Shown here: one piece after another, positions 30,175 to 39,980 of the stretch
Position numbering within the stretch: the stretch's first letter is position 1
Layout: every line of letters starts with the position of its first letter
Assembly (NCBI GenBank): GCA_942490945.1
Contig: CALNYZ010000044.1
Coordinates: 2,172 to 66,171 of the forward strand
DNA from: an uncultured Gammaproteobacteria bacterium
Lineage (GTDB): Bacteria; Pseudomonadota; Gammaproteobacteria; UBA6429; Thiohalophilaceae
Reading direction: 5' to 3'
Length of the DNA stretch: 64,000 bases
Position numbers and translations under genes: made by a program
The notes under the pieces: model-generated
Database searches by the model: none
Told to the model about the DNA's origin: nothing
The model's input: only the letters and a program-made list of their open reading frames with translations

Positions 30175-30528
30175 TTACTCACTATTCCAGTTTGACATGC
30201 CTGCCGGGCGCCATTCGCCATGTTTCTGCTTGCCATCACAATAGACATAGACAGATATATAATTGCTCAAGACACTGACTGAAAACGTTGCGCCTTTTGG
30301 CCATTTACTTGCATTTGCTTCAAGCCGTGCCATTGCGGCAGCCTTGACCTTGCCGAGACCATCAAAGTCTGCTTTTGGACGTCCCTGAGCAATGTACGCA
30401 TAATTAAATTCACTGTTTACCATCGAATAAAATGTGTTCAGACATTTTGCAGCATCTGCGTACACGGGTAAGTTCACTGTCAAACCATAAACAATGGCCA
30501 TTACAAAACTGGCAACTTTCCAATTCAT
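30175..30528 (-). CDS. Secreted hypothetical protein
   Basis: 117 aa, signal peptide ...NLPVYADA. Confidence 0.5.
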   Translation of the reverse strand: MNWKVASFVMAIVYGLTVNLPVYADAAKCLNTFYSMVNSEFNYAYIAQGRPKADFDGLGKVKAAAMARLEANASKWPKGATFSVSVLSNYISVYVYCDGKQKHGEWRPAGMSNWNSE

Positions 30529-30690
30529 AGCTACTCACTCCACATATTTTATGTTTCCATACATCACTTTCTGATCAAATGAATACAGTAATAATAGTTA
30601 CTATCTTCGAACCAGGTGTGATAATAGAATACCCGTTAGAACCGGTCACAATGACTACTCATGAATAATAGTTAATTTTGGGAGAAATAC

Positions 30691-32331
30691 ATGGCCATAC
30701 ACAAACTTGCCGGACAAGCAGCACCGGCAGAAAGTCTGATTGATGTTGATGCCTTGATACACGCGTATCACGATCTGACACCAGATATGGAAAACCCGAC
30801 ACATCTGGTGAGCTTTGGCACCAGTGGACATCGCGGCAATGCATTACTGTATAATTTTAACTCGGTTCATATATTGGCCATCACGCAGGCAATTTGTGAT
30901 TACCGTAAAGTTCAGGGCATTAATGGCCCGCTGTTTTTGGGCAAGGACACCCATGCCTTGTCTGCCCCGGCGCAATGTGACGCCATCGAAGTGTTTGCTG
31001 CGAATGGTGTCGAAACGATTATTCAATCCAGTGACGATTATACACCTACCCCGGTCATCTCACACGCAATACTCTCATACAATCATGAACACGATCAGCA
31101 GGCAGATGGCGTTGTAATAACACCCTCGCATAATCCTCCGACCGACGGTGGTTTCAAATACAATCCTCCACATGGTGGCCCGGCCGACACTGACGTGACT
31201 AACTGGATAGAGCAACGCGCAAATCAATTATTACGAGAAAAAAACACGAGTGTAAAACGTACGCCTTACAAGCAGGCCATTAACGCGGCAAATATTCATC
31301 AACAGGATTTCGCCAGATCTTATATCGATGATCTGGATTCTGTCGTTGATATGCAGGCAATCGGCAAGGATTTGAAAATTGGCGTGGATCCGCTGGGTGG
31401 CGCCGCCGTAGCGTACTGGTCACGAATCGCAGAACACTACCGGCTTAATCTAACAGTTGTGAATCCCAAAGTCGATCCGACCTTCAGTTTTATGACACTG
31501 GACCACGACGGTAAAATTCGTATGGACTGTTCAAGCCCGTACGCCATGGCGAACCTGGTGAAGCTGAAGGACCAGTTTTCCATTGCCTGGGGTAATGATG
31601 CAGATGTCGATCGACATGGTATTGTCACACCATCCGTTGGTCTCATGAATCCGAATCATTATCTTGCTGTTGCGATAAACTATTTACTCACCCATCGACC
31701 TGCCTGGCCAACAACAGCGGTGGTTGGAAAAACCCTGGTGAGTAGTGCGCTGATTGATTATGTTGTCAATGCGCTGGGCAGAACCGTCTATGAAGTACCG
31801 GTCGGTTTTAAATGGTTTTCGCCCGGTTTATTTGACGGTAGCATTTGTTTTGGTGGTGAGGAAAGTGCCGGCGCGAGCTTCCTGCGTCGTGATGGCCACG
31901 TCTGGACCACAGATAAAGACGGGATTATTCTCGGCCTGCTTGCTGCAGAAATCACCGCCGTAACCGGCAAGGACCCCGGTGAACACTACAAGGCACTGAC
32001 CGATAAATTTGGCAAGCCCTGTTACACCCGTATCGATGCGCCAGCGTCACCGCAGCAAAAACAGGCTTTTCGCAAACTCGTTCCCGAAACGATCAGTGCG
32101 ACCACGCTAGCTGGCGACAACATCACGGCAAAACTGACCCGGGCACCGGGCAATAACGCCGACATTGGTGGACTAAAGGTTGTTACCGAGGGAGGCTGGT
32201 TTGCGGCACGGCCCTCCGGCACAGAAAATGTTTACAAGCTATATGCTGAAAGTTTTAAGGATAGTACCCATCTGGATGCGATAGTGCAGCAGGCACAGGA
32301 TATCTTGTCTCACGCATTACACACTGAGTAA
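30691..32331 (+). CDS. pgm: Phosphoglucomutase (alpha-D-glucose phosphate-specific)
   Basis: 546 aa. Contains FGTSGHRG, the active-site loop [15 protein letters not shown], and GGEESAG. Collinear with E. coli Pgm and the same length. Confidence 0.95.
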   Translation: MAIHKLAGQAAPAESLIDVDALIHAYHDLTPDMENPTHLVSFGTSGHRGNALLYNFNSVHILAITQAICDYRKVQGINGPLFLGKDTHALSAPAQCDAIEVFAANGVETIIQSSDDYTPTPVISHAILSYNHEHDQQADGVVITPSHNPPTDGGFKYNPPHGGPADTDVTNWIEQRANQLLREKNTSVKRTPYKQAINAANIHQQDFARSYIDDLDSVVDMQAIGKDLKIGVDPLGGAAVAYWSRIAEHYRLNLTVVNPKVDPTFSFMTLDHDGKIRMDCSSPYAMANLVKLKDQFSIAWGNDADVDRHGIVTPSVGLMNPNHYLAVAINYLLTHRPAWPTTAVVGKTLVSSALIDYVVNALGRTVYEVPVGFKWFSPGLFDGSICFGGEESAGASFLRRDGHVWTTDKDGIILGLLAAEITAVTGKDPGEHYKALTDKFGKPCYTRIDAPASPQQKQAFRKLVPETISATTLAGDNITAKLTRAPGNNADIGGLKVVTEGGWFAARPSGTENVYKLYAESFKDSTHLDAIVQQAQDILSHALHTE

Positions 32332-32494
32332 ATTAATCACATCGTTCGGCTATTGCTATTGCTGCACACGGACTCCTATGAACAACACTACAGATGTCAT
32401 ATGTAAAGTGTATATGGCTAACAGATTTGTGAATGCCGTGCCAACACGCCCGGCTGTGTTAACATAGGCGGTACTACGTAGTGAGCATGAATGT

Positions 32495-33460
32495 ATGTAC
32501 AAACCTGAATCCAGCCAGCCTGTTTTATCGATTATTGTTACCGTTGTTGATGGTGGCGCAGCCCTTGAGCGTTGCCTGCACGCACTGGCAGAACAGGTTT
32601 GTGAAGATTCGATAGAAGTTCTTATTCCCTATGATCACATCTCCCGAGATGTTGAAGGGCTTTCAGCGCGCTACCCAAAATTCACTTTTATTGATCTGGG
32701 TGTAATTCTGGGTGGGCAAATTCCAAAAAATGAGCTGGAAAGACACCATTTTTATGATACTCGCCGTACCGGTGCCTTGTCATTGGCACGTGGCAAGCTG
32801 GTGGCGATTCTCGAAGACCGTGGTGTGCCACAGCCGGATTGGGCCAGAGAGATGATCCGGTTACATGAACAATATCCACATGCAGCAATCGGCGGCGCAA
32901 TTAGAAACGGTATAAATACCTCGCGCAACTGGGCCGTATTCATTTGTGATTTTGGCCGATATCAGTCACCCCTTACTGATAAAAACCCTACGTTCCTTAG
33001 TGATACGAATATTTGTTACAAAAGAACCGCATTGGAATCAGTCAAACACGTATGGGAATCAAAATATGATGAGGCACGCGTGAATGTTGCCTTGCACAAA
33101 GCCGGGCTGGGCCTTATGCTTTCTGATGTGCCAGTTACAGTTCAGATCCGCGATTCACTGACAATTTCGGATATGATAAAAGAACGGCTACATTGGGGGC
33201 GAAATTACGGTCAATCACGCAGTATCAGCCTGAAACCCATAGCAAGATATCTCATGGGAATGGCCACACCAATATTGCCGGTATTACTTTATTATCGGCA
33301 TTTACGACGCCAATTAAGTAAAGGCTACCATATAAAAGAATTTTTATTCGCGTCGCCAGTACTGATATCATTACTTGTGTGCTGGTCGTTAGGCGAGTGT
33401 ATAGGTTATTACGAAGGCCCTCCGGTATTGCAGAAAGAGTATGACCAACCCGACGCCTGA
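32495..33460 (+). CDS. GT2-like glycosyltransferase
   Basis: N-terminus LSIIVTVVDGGAALERCLHAL is a GT-A fold start. Acidic motif ILEDRG. The C-terminal part is hydrophobic. Confidence 0.7.
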   Translation: MYKPESSQPVLSIIVTVVDGGAALERCLHALAEQVCEDSIEVLIPYDHISRDVEGLSARYPKFTFIDLGVILGGQIPKNELERHHFYDTRRTGALSLARGKLVAILEDRGVPQPDWAREMIRLHEQYPHAAIGGAIRNGINTSRNWAVFICDFGRYQSPLTDKNPTFLSDTNICYKRTALESVKHVWESKYDEARVNVALHKAGLGLMLSDVPVTVQIRDSLTISDMIKERLHWGRNYGQSRSISLKPIARYLMGMATPILPVLLYYRHLRRQLSKGYHIKEFLFASPVLISLLVCWSLGECIGYYEGPPVLQKEYDQPDA

Positions 33461-33490
33461 CCGGACTGCCAGGAAAGATGAGGAATTACA

Positions 33491-34693
33491 ATGAATAGTA
33501 TGACTGAACGATTAACTAAACACGCACGGATCATTTCGAAAAGTATGCCATTTGCGGAAGTATCAAGCCCGCCATTCCTTATCCTGTTTATCAACTCGAT
33601 TTGTAACATGAAATGTGAACATTGTTTTTACTGGGAAGAACTGAACCAGAAAACCGACCTGACCTACGAAGAACTCGTTTCCCTGTCAAATGAGTTAGGT
33701 CATCTGGAAACTCTCAACCTGTCCGGCGGCGAACCTTTCCTGCGAAAAGATTTTTCAGATATATGCAAACAATTTATAAGAAAAAATGGCGTGAAGGAAA
33801 TCTACGTTCCAACTAACGGATATTTTACCGAACGTACAATCAATACGCTCAAGGATCTACTGCAGGAAAAAACTCTCAAGGAAATCGGTGTCGAGATATC
33901 TCTGGATGGCATGCCGGAATTTCATGATGAATTCCGTAAAACACGTTATTCATTTTTCAAGGCGATGGAAACCTATGATGCTCTGGCAGAATTGCAAAAA
34001 ACAGACCCACGTCTGCAGATATATTGCATCTCTACTGCTACTGAAGACAACATGGAAGAAATCAAGGAACTTACCACGTTCCTGTTTGACCGTTGCCCGC
34101 AAATGTCACACCACCACCTTGCTGTTATACGCGGTGACCGAAAAAATCCCAGCCTGCAAGGCCCGGCAATGGAAAAATACAAGGAACTGTACGAGTACGT
34201 TTCAAGACTCTGGTCGCCACGTGATAAGCGTCGTATCGGCTCCCTGGTCGAACCTATGCTGCAACATGTAAAAACACACACTGCAGTACAACAGGAGCAG
34301 ATCGTACCGTGTCGTGCCGGAATATTCAGCGGCGTAGTATATGCAAATGGCGATGTCGGCGTTTGCGAACAACGTCCACCTATTGGTAACCTCCGCAAGA
34401 ACAGCTTTATGGAATTGTGGCGCGCAAACGCGACCAATGAAATCCGTAAATCGATCAAAAACAAGGAATGTTATTGTACGAACGAAATTTTTATGTGGCC
34501 AAGTATCGTTTTTCAGCCAACACACCTGATTAAGTCACTCATTGGTGCGAAGGTATGGAAAAAACTTCCGCCGCTACTCGACGCGGAGAAAATTGATTAC
34601 AAGGAAGCTATCAGTAAAATGGAAATTCCAAAATCAAAACTGAAAGAAAACTTTGAAGTTGATTTTGAAGCATCAGCACAAGCTGGCAACTGA
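33491..34693 (+). CDS. Radical SAM enzyme with a C-terminal Cys-rich auxiliary (SPASM/twitch-like) region
   Basis: [11 protein letters not shown] (CxxxCxxC), SAM-binding LSGGEPFL, and C-terminal cysteines VPCRAG...GDVGVCE...ECYCTNE. SD GAGGA precedes the start. Confidence 0.85.
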   Translation: MNSMTERLTKHARIISKSMPFAEVSSPPFLILFINSICNMKCEHCFYWEELNQKTDLTYEELVSLSNELGHLETLNLSGGEPFLRKDFSDICKQFIRKNGVKEIYVPTNGYFTERTINTLKDLLQEKTLKEIGVEISLDGMPEFHDEFRKTRYSFFKAMETYDALAELQKTDPRLQIYCISTATEDNMEEIKELTTFLFDRCPQMSHHHLAVIRGDRKNPSLQGPAMEKYKELYEYVSRLWSPRDKRRIGSLVEPMLQHVKTHTAVQQEQIVPCRAGIFSGVVYANGDVGVCEQRPPIGNLRKNSFMELWRANATNEIRKSIKNKECYCTNEIFMWPSIVFQPTHLIKSLIGAKVWKKLPPLLDAEKIDYKEAISKMEIPKSKLKENFEVDFEASAQAGN

Positions 34694-34764
34694 TTCGTCA
34701 GCCACTATTGTCACAGCCTGATTTTCCGTACCAGTTTTTTCCGTGATTATGTGTAGCGTTTACT

Positions 34765-36897
34765 TTGAGTACCATTAACACCGACCAACACAGCAAGACA
34801 GATCACCTTGTCGAGCTGGAAATCCTCTGTGGCGAGAACTCGTATTCAGGCATAAACGCTTTCATCACGCCTGACTCGCAATCGGCGAGGTACTCATGGA
34901 ACAGGCTTGCCAGCCTCGAAGTTTCTGCACCAACCTTGTCAAATGCTACAGATGCAGCACTGGCATTGATTCATTACCCTGACAACTACCCTGCTCTTGA
35001 GACATTGTATGTGCGTAGTGTTGGTATAGATACACCGGTATTACCAGAAAAAATTAATGCACTCCATGATGCTTGCAAGAAAGTACAGGTACAACTTTAC
35101 ATTGATATTGCGCTACCTGAAAACGCCGATGCAATGAATTCATTGTCGATGGAGAACATCATCACTGCAAGTCGGTTACTTGCAAACCAGACAATAAATA
35201 TTCGTTGGCTTGTACCAACAATAAAACCATTGGTATTTAAACTTGAAGGCCTGTTTTCCCTGGCCCACGATGAAGGCATTGATGCGCTGCTTGTGCCTGC
35301 ACAACGGCTGGAACAATTTTATAAAACCACTGCAGCATTAACAGATGATGAAAATCTCTTCATATGGGACTTCATCACCTATCGTTTACTGAGTACTGAT
35401 GCTGTACAACACCATACCGGCCGTGACAAGTATTATAATACCTTGCTGGATTCCTTTTCCGGTAAGTCCGCAGAGTCTTTATCTGCTGTTACGCCCTGGC
35501 TGGATTTAGCAGATAAAACAGCGCGTAGTAGTTTACATCAGTTACATGGCGATGCATCGATTAGATATATCTCCATCGCTTCTGCCAGTATTCAAAGTAA
35601 ATCCGGCTCACAAATAATCCAGACCTTTAAAAAACTGCAGGAAATCGTTGCTGTACTCGCTGGCGGAATACGTGCTTATATAAACTATTTTTTGTCTACC
35701 GCGAGTCATACAGTGACGCAAGACGACTCTGCGCTGAAAAATATTAATACTGTGATGCTGATTGGCGCTTACGGTGGCGAACACATCGGTGATGCTGCTA
35801 TCCTCGGCGGTGTACTGTTGCGTATTCATCAACGCTACGGCATCAAGGATGCTGTACTGATGACGCAACGCGTTAACCATACCAAACATCTGATTCCGAT
35901 GTTAAATGTGCCAGTAAATGTCACCGTCGAAGAATATAACTGGTCTCAGATCAGGAATGCTATTGGCAAAGTAGATGCCGTAGTATTTGCCGGCGGTCCA
36001 TTAATTGATTTACCAAAACAACTCATTCGCCATCTTTACGCTGTGTCACTGGCACGCCGAAAAAATCGACCCTTCATCATAGAAGGCATTGGCCCGGGAC
36101 CCTTTGTGCGCCGTCCTTCCATTATCACCGCACGCAAACTGGTTGGTATGGCTTCATATATCAGTTTGCGTACCACAGACAGTGCTCAACACGAAATAAT
36201 GAAAGATACCAGGGCAACCGTCGGACGTTGTCCAGCATTTGATTACCTCGAATCGCGCCACAGCAATCTTGATCGCATGCCAACGTTTGAAAATACGGAA
36301 ATAGAGGAACTACTCGATAATACAAATGAACGCATTATTGTCGGAATTAATATCCGCCCCATTGGTCATCTTTATACCGCCGGCGCTGATGAAGAAGATG
36401 CAGCTGCTTATACACGCCGGATAGAAGATCGGTTTGAACAGCGCTTTGCCGAGGGCCTGCGCGCGTTTCATAACAGCTCTGCTATCAAACCGTGTTTTAT
36501 ATTTTTTCCTATGAATTCCATTCAGTTTGGCATGTCTGACTTGCTCAGTGCATATCGAATAAAACGCTATCTGGACATACTGAGCAAAGATGGGAAGCAG
36601 CAATCACCTGTCGACTTTCGGGTATGGCAGGCAGATGCCAGTCTTGATGGGGTCGTTGACCTGATACGCAAACTTGATGTTGCCATCACGATGCGTTTTC
36701 ATGCCACAATTTTTGCCCTGTCACAGCACTGCAAGGTGATTGGTGTGGATTACCGCATCGGTAAGCGGGATAAAATTGCCGAATTACTGGATGACGCCGG
36801 AATGGGTGAATACTGTGAACGAATTGACCTGCTGACACCTGACTGGTTGCTCGATAAATTATCCACACTCTGTACTGATAAAAATTCGTCGTCCTGA
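34765..36897 (+). CDS. Fusion protein: unknown ~330-aa N-terminal domain plus a polysaccharide pyruvyl transferase-family domain
   Basis: The C-terminal half carries LIGAYGGEHIGDAAILGG, VFAGGPLIDLP and RFHATIFAL...GVDY, which are PS_pyruv_trans-like. TTG start and no SD, so the exact start is uncertain. Confidence 0.7.
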   Translation: MSTINTDQHSKTDHLVELEILCGENSYSGINAFITPDSQSARYSWNRLASLEVSAPTLSNATDAALALIHYPDNYPALETLYVRSVGIDTPVLPEKINALHDACKKVQVQLYIDIALPENADAMNSLSMENIITASRLLANQTINIRWLVPTIKPLVFKLEGLFSLAHDEGIDALLVPAQRLEQFYKTTAALTDDENLFIWDFITYRLLSTDAVQHHTGRDKYYNTLLDSFSGKSAESLSAVTPWLDLADKTARSSLHQLHGDASIRYISIASASIQSKSGSQIIQTFKKLQEIVAVLAGGIRAYINYFLSTASHTVTQDDSALKNINTVMLIGAYGGEHIGDAAILGGVLLRIHQRYGIKDAVLMTQRVNHTKHLIPMLNVPVNVTVEEYNWSQIRNAIGKVDAVVFAGGPLIDLPKQLIRHLYAVSLARRKNRPFIIEGIGPGPFVRRPSIITARKLVGMASYISLRTTDSAQHEIMKDTRATVGRCPAFDYLESRHSNLDRMPTFENTEIEELLDNTNERIIVGINIRPIGHLYTAGADEEDAAAYTRRIEDRFEQRFAEGLRAFHNSSAIKPCFIFFPMNSIQFGMSDLLSAYRIKRYLDILSKDGKQQSPVDFRVWQADASLDGVVDLIRKLDVAITMRFHATIFALSQHCKVIGVDYRIGKRDKIAELLDDAGMGEYCERIDLLTPDWLLDKLSTLCTDKNSSS

Positions 36898-36904
36898 AAC
36901 CGGT

Positions 36905-38092
36905 TTACTTTCTCACGCACTTGCGAAAGCACGCTTCTGCCATTTCAGCACCTCGTTGCCATGAAAAATTCCTGCTTTGAGGTATCGCGGCTGCCTTGAG
37001 TTTTTCACGAAGTCCCGGTTGTTCAAAGAATCGAATAATTGTATTGCTAATATCTTCTATATCGAGCGGGTCATAAAGAAGACCCGCCTCGCCTACCACT
37101 TCCGGCAGACTGCCGCGATTACTGGCTAACACAGGTACGCCACATTGCATGGCTTCAACCGCCGGGAGTCCAAATCCTTCCCACAGAGACGGAAAAACCA
37201 ATGCTGCTGTACTGCCTAGTAATTTAACCACATCATCATCACTCGCATATCCGGTAAAAATAACATGTTCAGATAAGGGCGGATTATTTTTAACATAGGC
37301 CATTAACTCGGGGACATTATCCCAGAAGCCTTTACCACTGATATCACCAATGATGACCAGCTGAACATTCGGTACTTTGCTGATAATATCTGGCATCGCT
37401 TTAAGTACGCCAAATATATTCTTGTGTGCATTCATACCGCCCAACGCAAGCAGCATTTCTGTATCCTGTGGAATCCTGAATTTCTCACGGGTAGTTCGCG
37501 CAACATCCGGATCGTCGATCACCTGAAATATTTTATCTGCACCTTCCGTAACAAGATCAATTTTGGTTTCTGGTATTTTTAATATGTTCTTCAGGTCATC
37601 AGCAGAACTTTGCGAGATGGTCATGGCGCGCGTGGTTTGCAGTTTTGCAAGAAAGGTTTTTAATTGCCAGAGTCGGTGATTTATTTTTTTCGGAAAAAGA
37701 TATTCCGGAAAACGTTCGGCAGTCGCATCATGATAGCAAACCGCGCAAGGTATTTTTGCCAGTAACGGGAAATAGGAATAAACCGCCGGGTAAAAGAAAA
37801 TATCAAACTCTGCCTTTCGTACAAGCTGACCCATCTTCCACAAATAGCTAATCGAACGCGAGGAATCACCAACAGCGGCTTCATTTAAAGATTCATTGGT
37901 GGTCGCAATTAAGGTGGCAATATTTTCCGGTACAGCTATGGATGGCGGCTGATCAAATACCAGCGTGTAACGAAAACCGGTATCACGCTGTGCCAGTGCA
38001 ATGACCAGTTCCCGGGTAAAGCGACCAAAGCCACGGTCATTAGACCAGGTGGTCGCATCAATCCCGACATGAATTGTTTTATTTGCCATCAA
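36905..38092 (-). CDS. GT4 (GT-B fold) glycosyltransferase
   Basis: PSLWEGFGLPAVEAMQCGVPVLASN, the E-x7-E region. 395 aa. Confidence 0.85.
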   Translation of the reverse strand: MMANKTIHVGIDATTWSNDRGFGRFTRELVIALAQRDTGFRYTLVFDQPPSIAVPENIATLIATTNESLNEAAVGDSSRSISYLWKMGQLVRKAEFDIFFYPAVYSYFPLLAKIPCAVCYHDATAERFPEYLFPKKINHRLWQLKTFLAKLQTTRAMTISQSSADDLKNILKIPETKIDLVTEGADKIFQVIDDPDVARTTREKFRIPQDTEMLLALGGMNAHKNIFGVLKAMPDIISKVPNVQLVIIGDISGKGFWDNVPELMAYVKNNPPLSEHVIFTGYASDDDVVKLLGSTAALVFPSLWEGFGLPAVEAMQCGVPVLASNRGSLPEVVGEAGLLYDPLDIEDISNTIIRFFEQPGLREKLKAAAIPQSRNFSWQRGAEMAEACFRKCVRK

Positions 38093-38139
38093 TTAAATCC
38101 ACTAAATAATTATTCGATTTGCCAGATTATTCTGCAATT

Positions 38140-39852
38140 CTACGGGCAAAGTAATGCTTCCATGCCCGTGTCTATGGTTTTCTCTGCTGTTTCGATTACC
38201 ATCGCAACCCGGTTACCGGCATAATCCACAATTCTGGGTGAAAACGGGATAGTGACAGTTTGACCTTTCGCTGCAATATTATAAGGAAATGAAATCAAGG
38301 CATCCTGATGATTACAGAGGCGGTTACCAGGTTTACAGACATTCACCCAACCACGTGTATTCGCCGGCATGCCATCCAGTTTTAAATTACCGCGCGCACT
38401 TGCAGTGTCATCCGGTTTCTGCCAGCTCAAATATGAAGTTTTATTCTGCTCGGGGCTGAACACACCGCAGGCACTGACCACCCAGACCTCACCTACATCA
38501 TTAAATACCGTACTGCCGAGTAACATATCGGCAAAGCCATCATTATTAACATCGCCCGCAGCGGAAACAACATAGCCCACATGTTTATTTCGTGTACCGT
38601 TATACGTCGCAATTACCGAACCATCAGCACCTGAATACACCCGGGCATAACCCGGTGTTTTATACTTTAACAACCACCGTTTGTACCATGGTACAGATTT
38701 CTCCAGATGCGCATCTGGTGCACCTACCAGTACATCCATGACGCCATCGCCATTCACATCGCCAACACCAGCTGCCGAATGTCCATAACCATCGCCTGAT
38801 TCATCTCCACGCATTTCAAAAATTTGCTTGCCACTACTTGAGCCATATACACGTGTGTAGCCAATACCTTTGGGATTAAACGTCGCAGCGAGAAAATCCG
38901 GATGTGTATCACGATCGTAATCTCCGGTAGCAGAAACAGCATGACCCAACTCATCCGGGCTTTCGTCACCGGTAACACGGTAAATCAGCTTGCCATTTAA
39001 TCCGGAAAATACGTACGCAGCTCCAGAATGATAGCCGTGGTCTGCATCGCCTATTGATCCCACAAGAATATCTGCATGACCATCACCATTAACATCACCG
39101 GCACGATTTATGTGGAAACCAAATCTGTCACCCTTGACGCTTGGTGTGGCAGTCAACTTGTATAAAGATTTACCATCAGCACCGGAATAAACCTGCACAT
39201 AACCCGCTGCATTCTTTTTATATGTAGCCGGTGCGCCTACAGCAAAATCATTCCATCCATCACCATTCACATCACCCAGGCCTGTGACAGACTGGCCAAA
39301 CTTGTCGTACTCAATGTCACCGGCCAGCGTATATAATAATTTACCGGAACGACCGGAAAATACCCTCGCGCCGCCACCCGGCCCCAGTCCGGTTTTACCA
39401 TTGGCTTTCATACCAACAATAATGTCATCTATCCCATCCCGATCAATATCGCCGGCGTTACCCACACCTGATCCATGCCGCCAGTCAGCCGCGTCACCCG
39501 AGAATACATGTAACACTTGTTTATTACGACCTGAATACACGCGCGCGGCGCCCGCATTGGCGTTAACGATATTTTCATTCGGGGCACCGATCAGAATGTC
39601 TGTGTAGCCGTCATTATTCAAATCACCCAGCATCGCTACCGAGTGTCCGAATTCATCAACAGGCGTATGTCCATGCAGACGATATAACAAACCTGCCGGA
39701 AAATTCTCGGCTTGCTGGTTTACCGATTCCACGAATGACTTGATTGCGTAATTGCGTACTATTACTGCGATTATTAAGAATAGCGCCAAACTAAAAAACA
39801 GAAATATCCACTTTTTATATTGTTGAAAAATCATATTCAATTTTATTCCCAA
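38140..39852 (-). CDS. Membrane-anchored FG-GAP repeat (integrin-alpha-like) 7-blade beta-propeller protein
   Basis: N-terminal TM helix, then seven Ca-binding-type repeats: GDLNNDGYTDILIGAP, GDIDRDGIDDIIVG, GDVNGDGWNDFAVGAP, GDVNGDGHADILVGS, GDYDRDTHPDFLAA, GDVNGDGVMDVLVGAP and GDVNNDGFADMLLGS. An extra C-terminal domain of about 110 aa follows. Confidence 0.8.
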   Translation of the reverse strand: MGIKLNMIFQQYKKWIFLFFSLALFLIIAVIVRNYAIKSFVESVNQQAENFPAGLLYRLHGHTPVDEFGHSVAMLGDLNNDGYTDILIGAPNENIVNANAGAARVYSGRNKQVLHVFSGDAADWRHGSGVGNAGDIDRDGIDDIIVGMKANGKTGLGPGGGARVFSGRSGKLLYTLAGDIEYDKFGQSVTGLGDVNGDGWNDFAVGAPATYKKNAAGYVQVYSGADGKSLYKLTATPSVKGDRFGFHINRAGDVNGDGHADILVGSIGDADHGYHSGAAYVFSGLNGKLIYRVTGDESPDELGHAVSATGDYDRDTHPDFLAATFNPKGIGYTRVYGSSSGKQIFEMRGDESGDGYGHSAAGVGDVNGDGVMDVLVGAPDAHLEKSVPWYKRWLLKYKTPGYARVYSGADGSVIATYNGTRNKHVGYVVSAAGDVNNDGFADMLLGSTVFNDVGEVWVVSACGVFSPEQNKTSYLSWQKPDDTASARGNLKLDGMPANTRGWVNVCKPGNRLCNHQDALISFPYNIAAKGQTVTIPFSPRIVDYAGNRVAMVIETAEKTIDTGMEALLCP

Positions 39853-39897
39853 ATCTATGTGTACTGTAATATTTACAATCTGTGATTCACATATTAA

Positions 39898-39913
39898 TGA
39901 TATTTAAATATCA
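39898..39913. repeat. Perfect 16-bp palindrome TGATATTTAAATATCA in the FG-GAP gene upstream region
   Basis: Read directly from the sequence. Lies 46-61 nt upstream of the FG-GAP start (39852) and 68 nt downstream of the NERD-like gene stop. Confidence 0.3.
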
Positions 39914-39980
39914 TCAATTTTAAAATTTAATGGTTAGATAATTCATTACTATACTAGTTGTAGAAGGGATGAACTGATGT

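Noticed and set aside
32378-32467. 29-codon mini-ORF (MNNTTDVICKVYMANRFVNAVPTRPAVLT) just upstream of the GT2 / radical-SAM genes, considered as a RiPP precursor
   Set aside because: It has no Shine-Dalgarno sequence, a single Cys, and no leader/core-like architecture or repeats. Its length is within chance expectation for a 165-bp spacer. It is worth a tblastn conservation check only.
32473-32482. 10-bp palindrome ACTACGTAGT before the GT2 start, resembling the HxlR operator half-sites (ACTACA/TGTAGT)
   Set aside because: The half-sites are in the opposite arrangement and have no spacer. It is short enough to occur by chance and lies 29 kb from the regulator.
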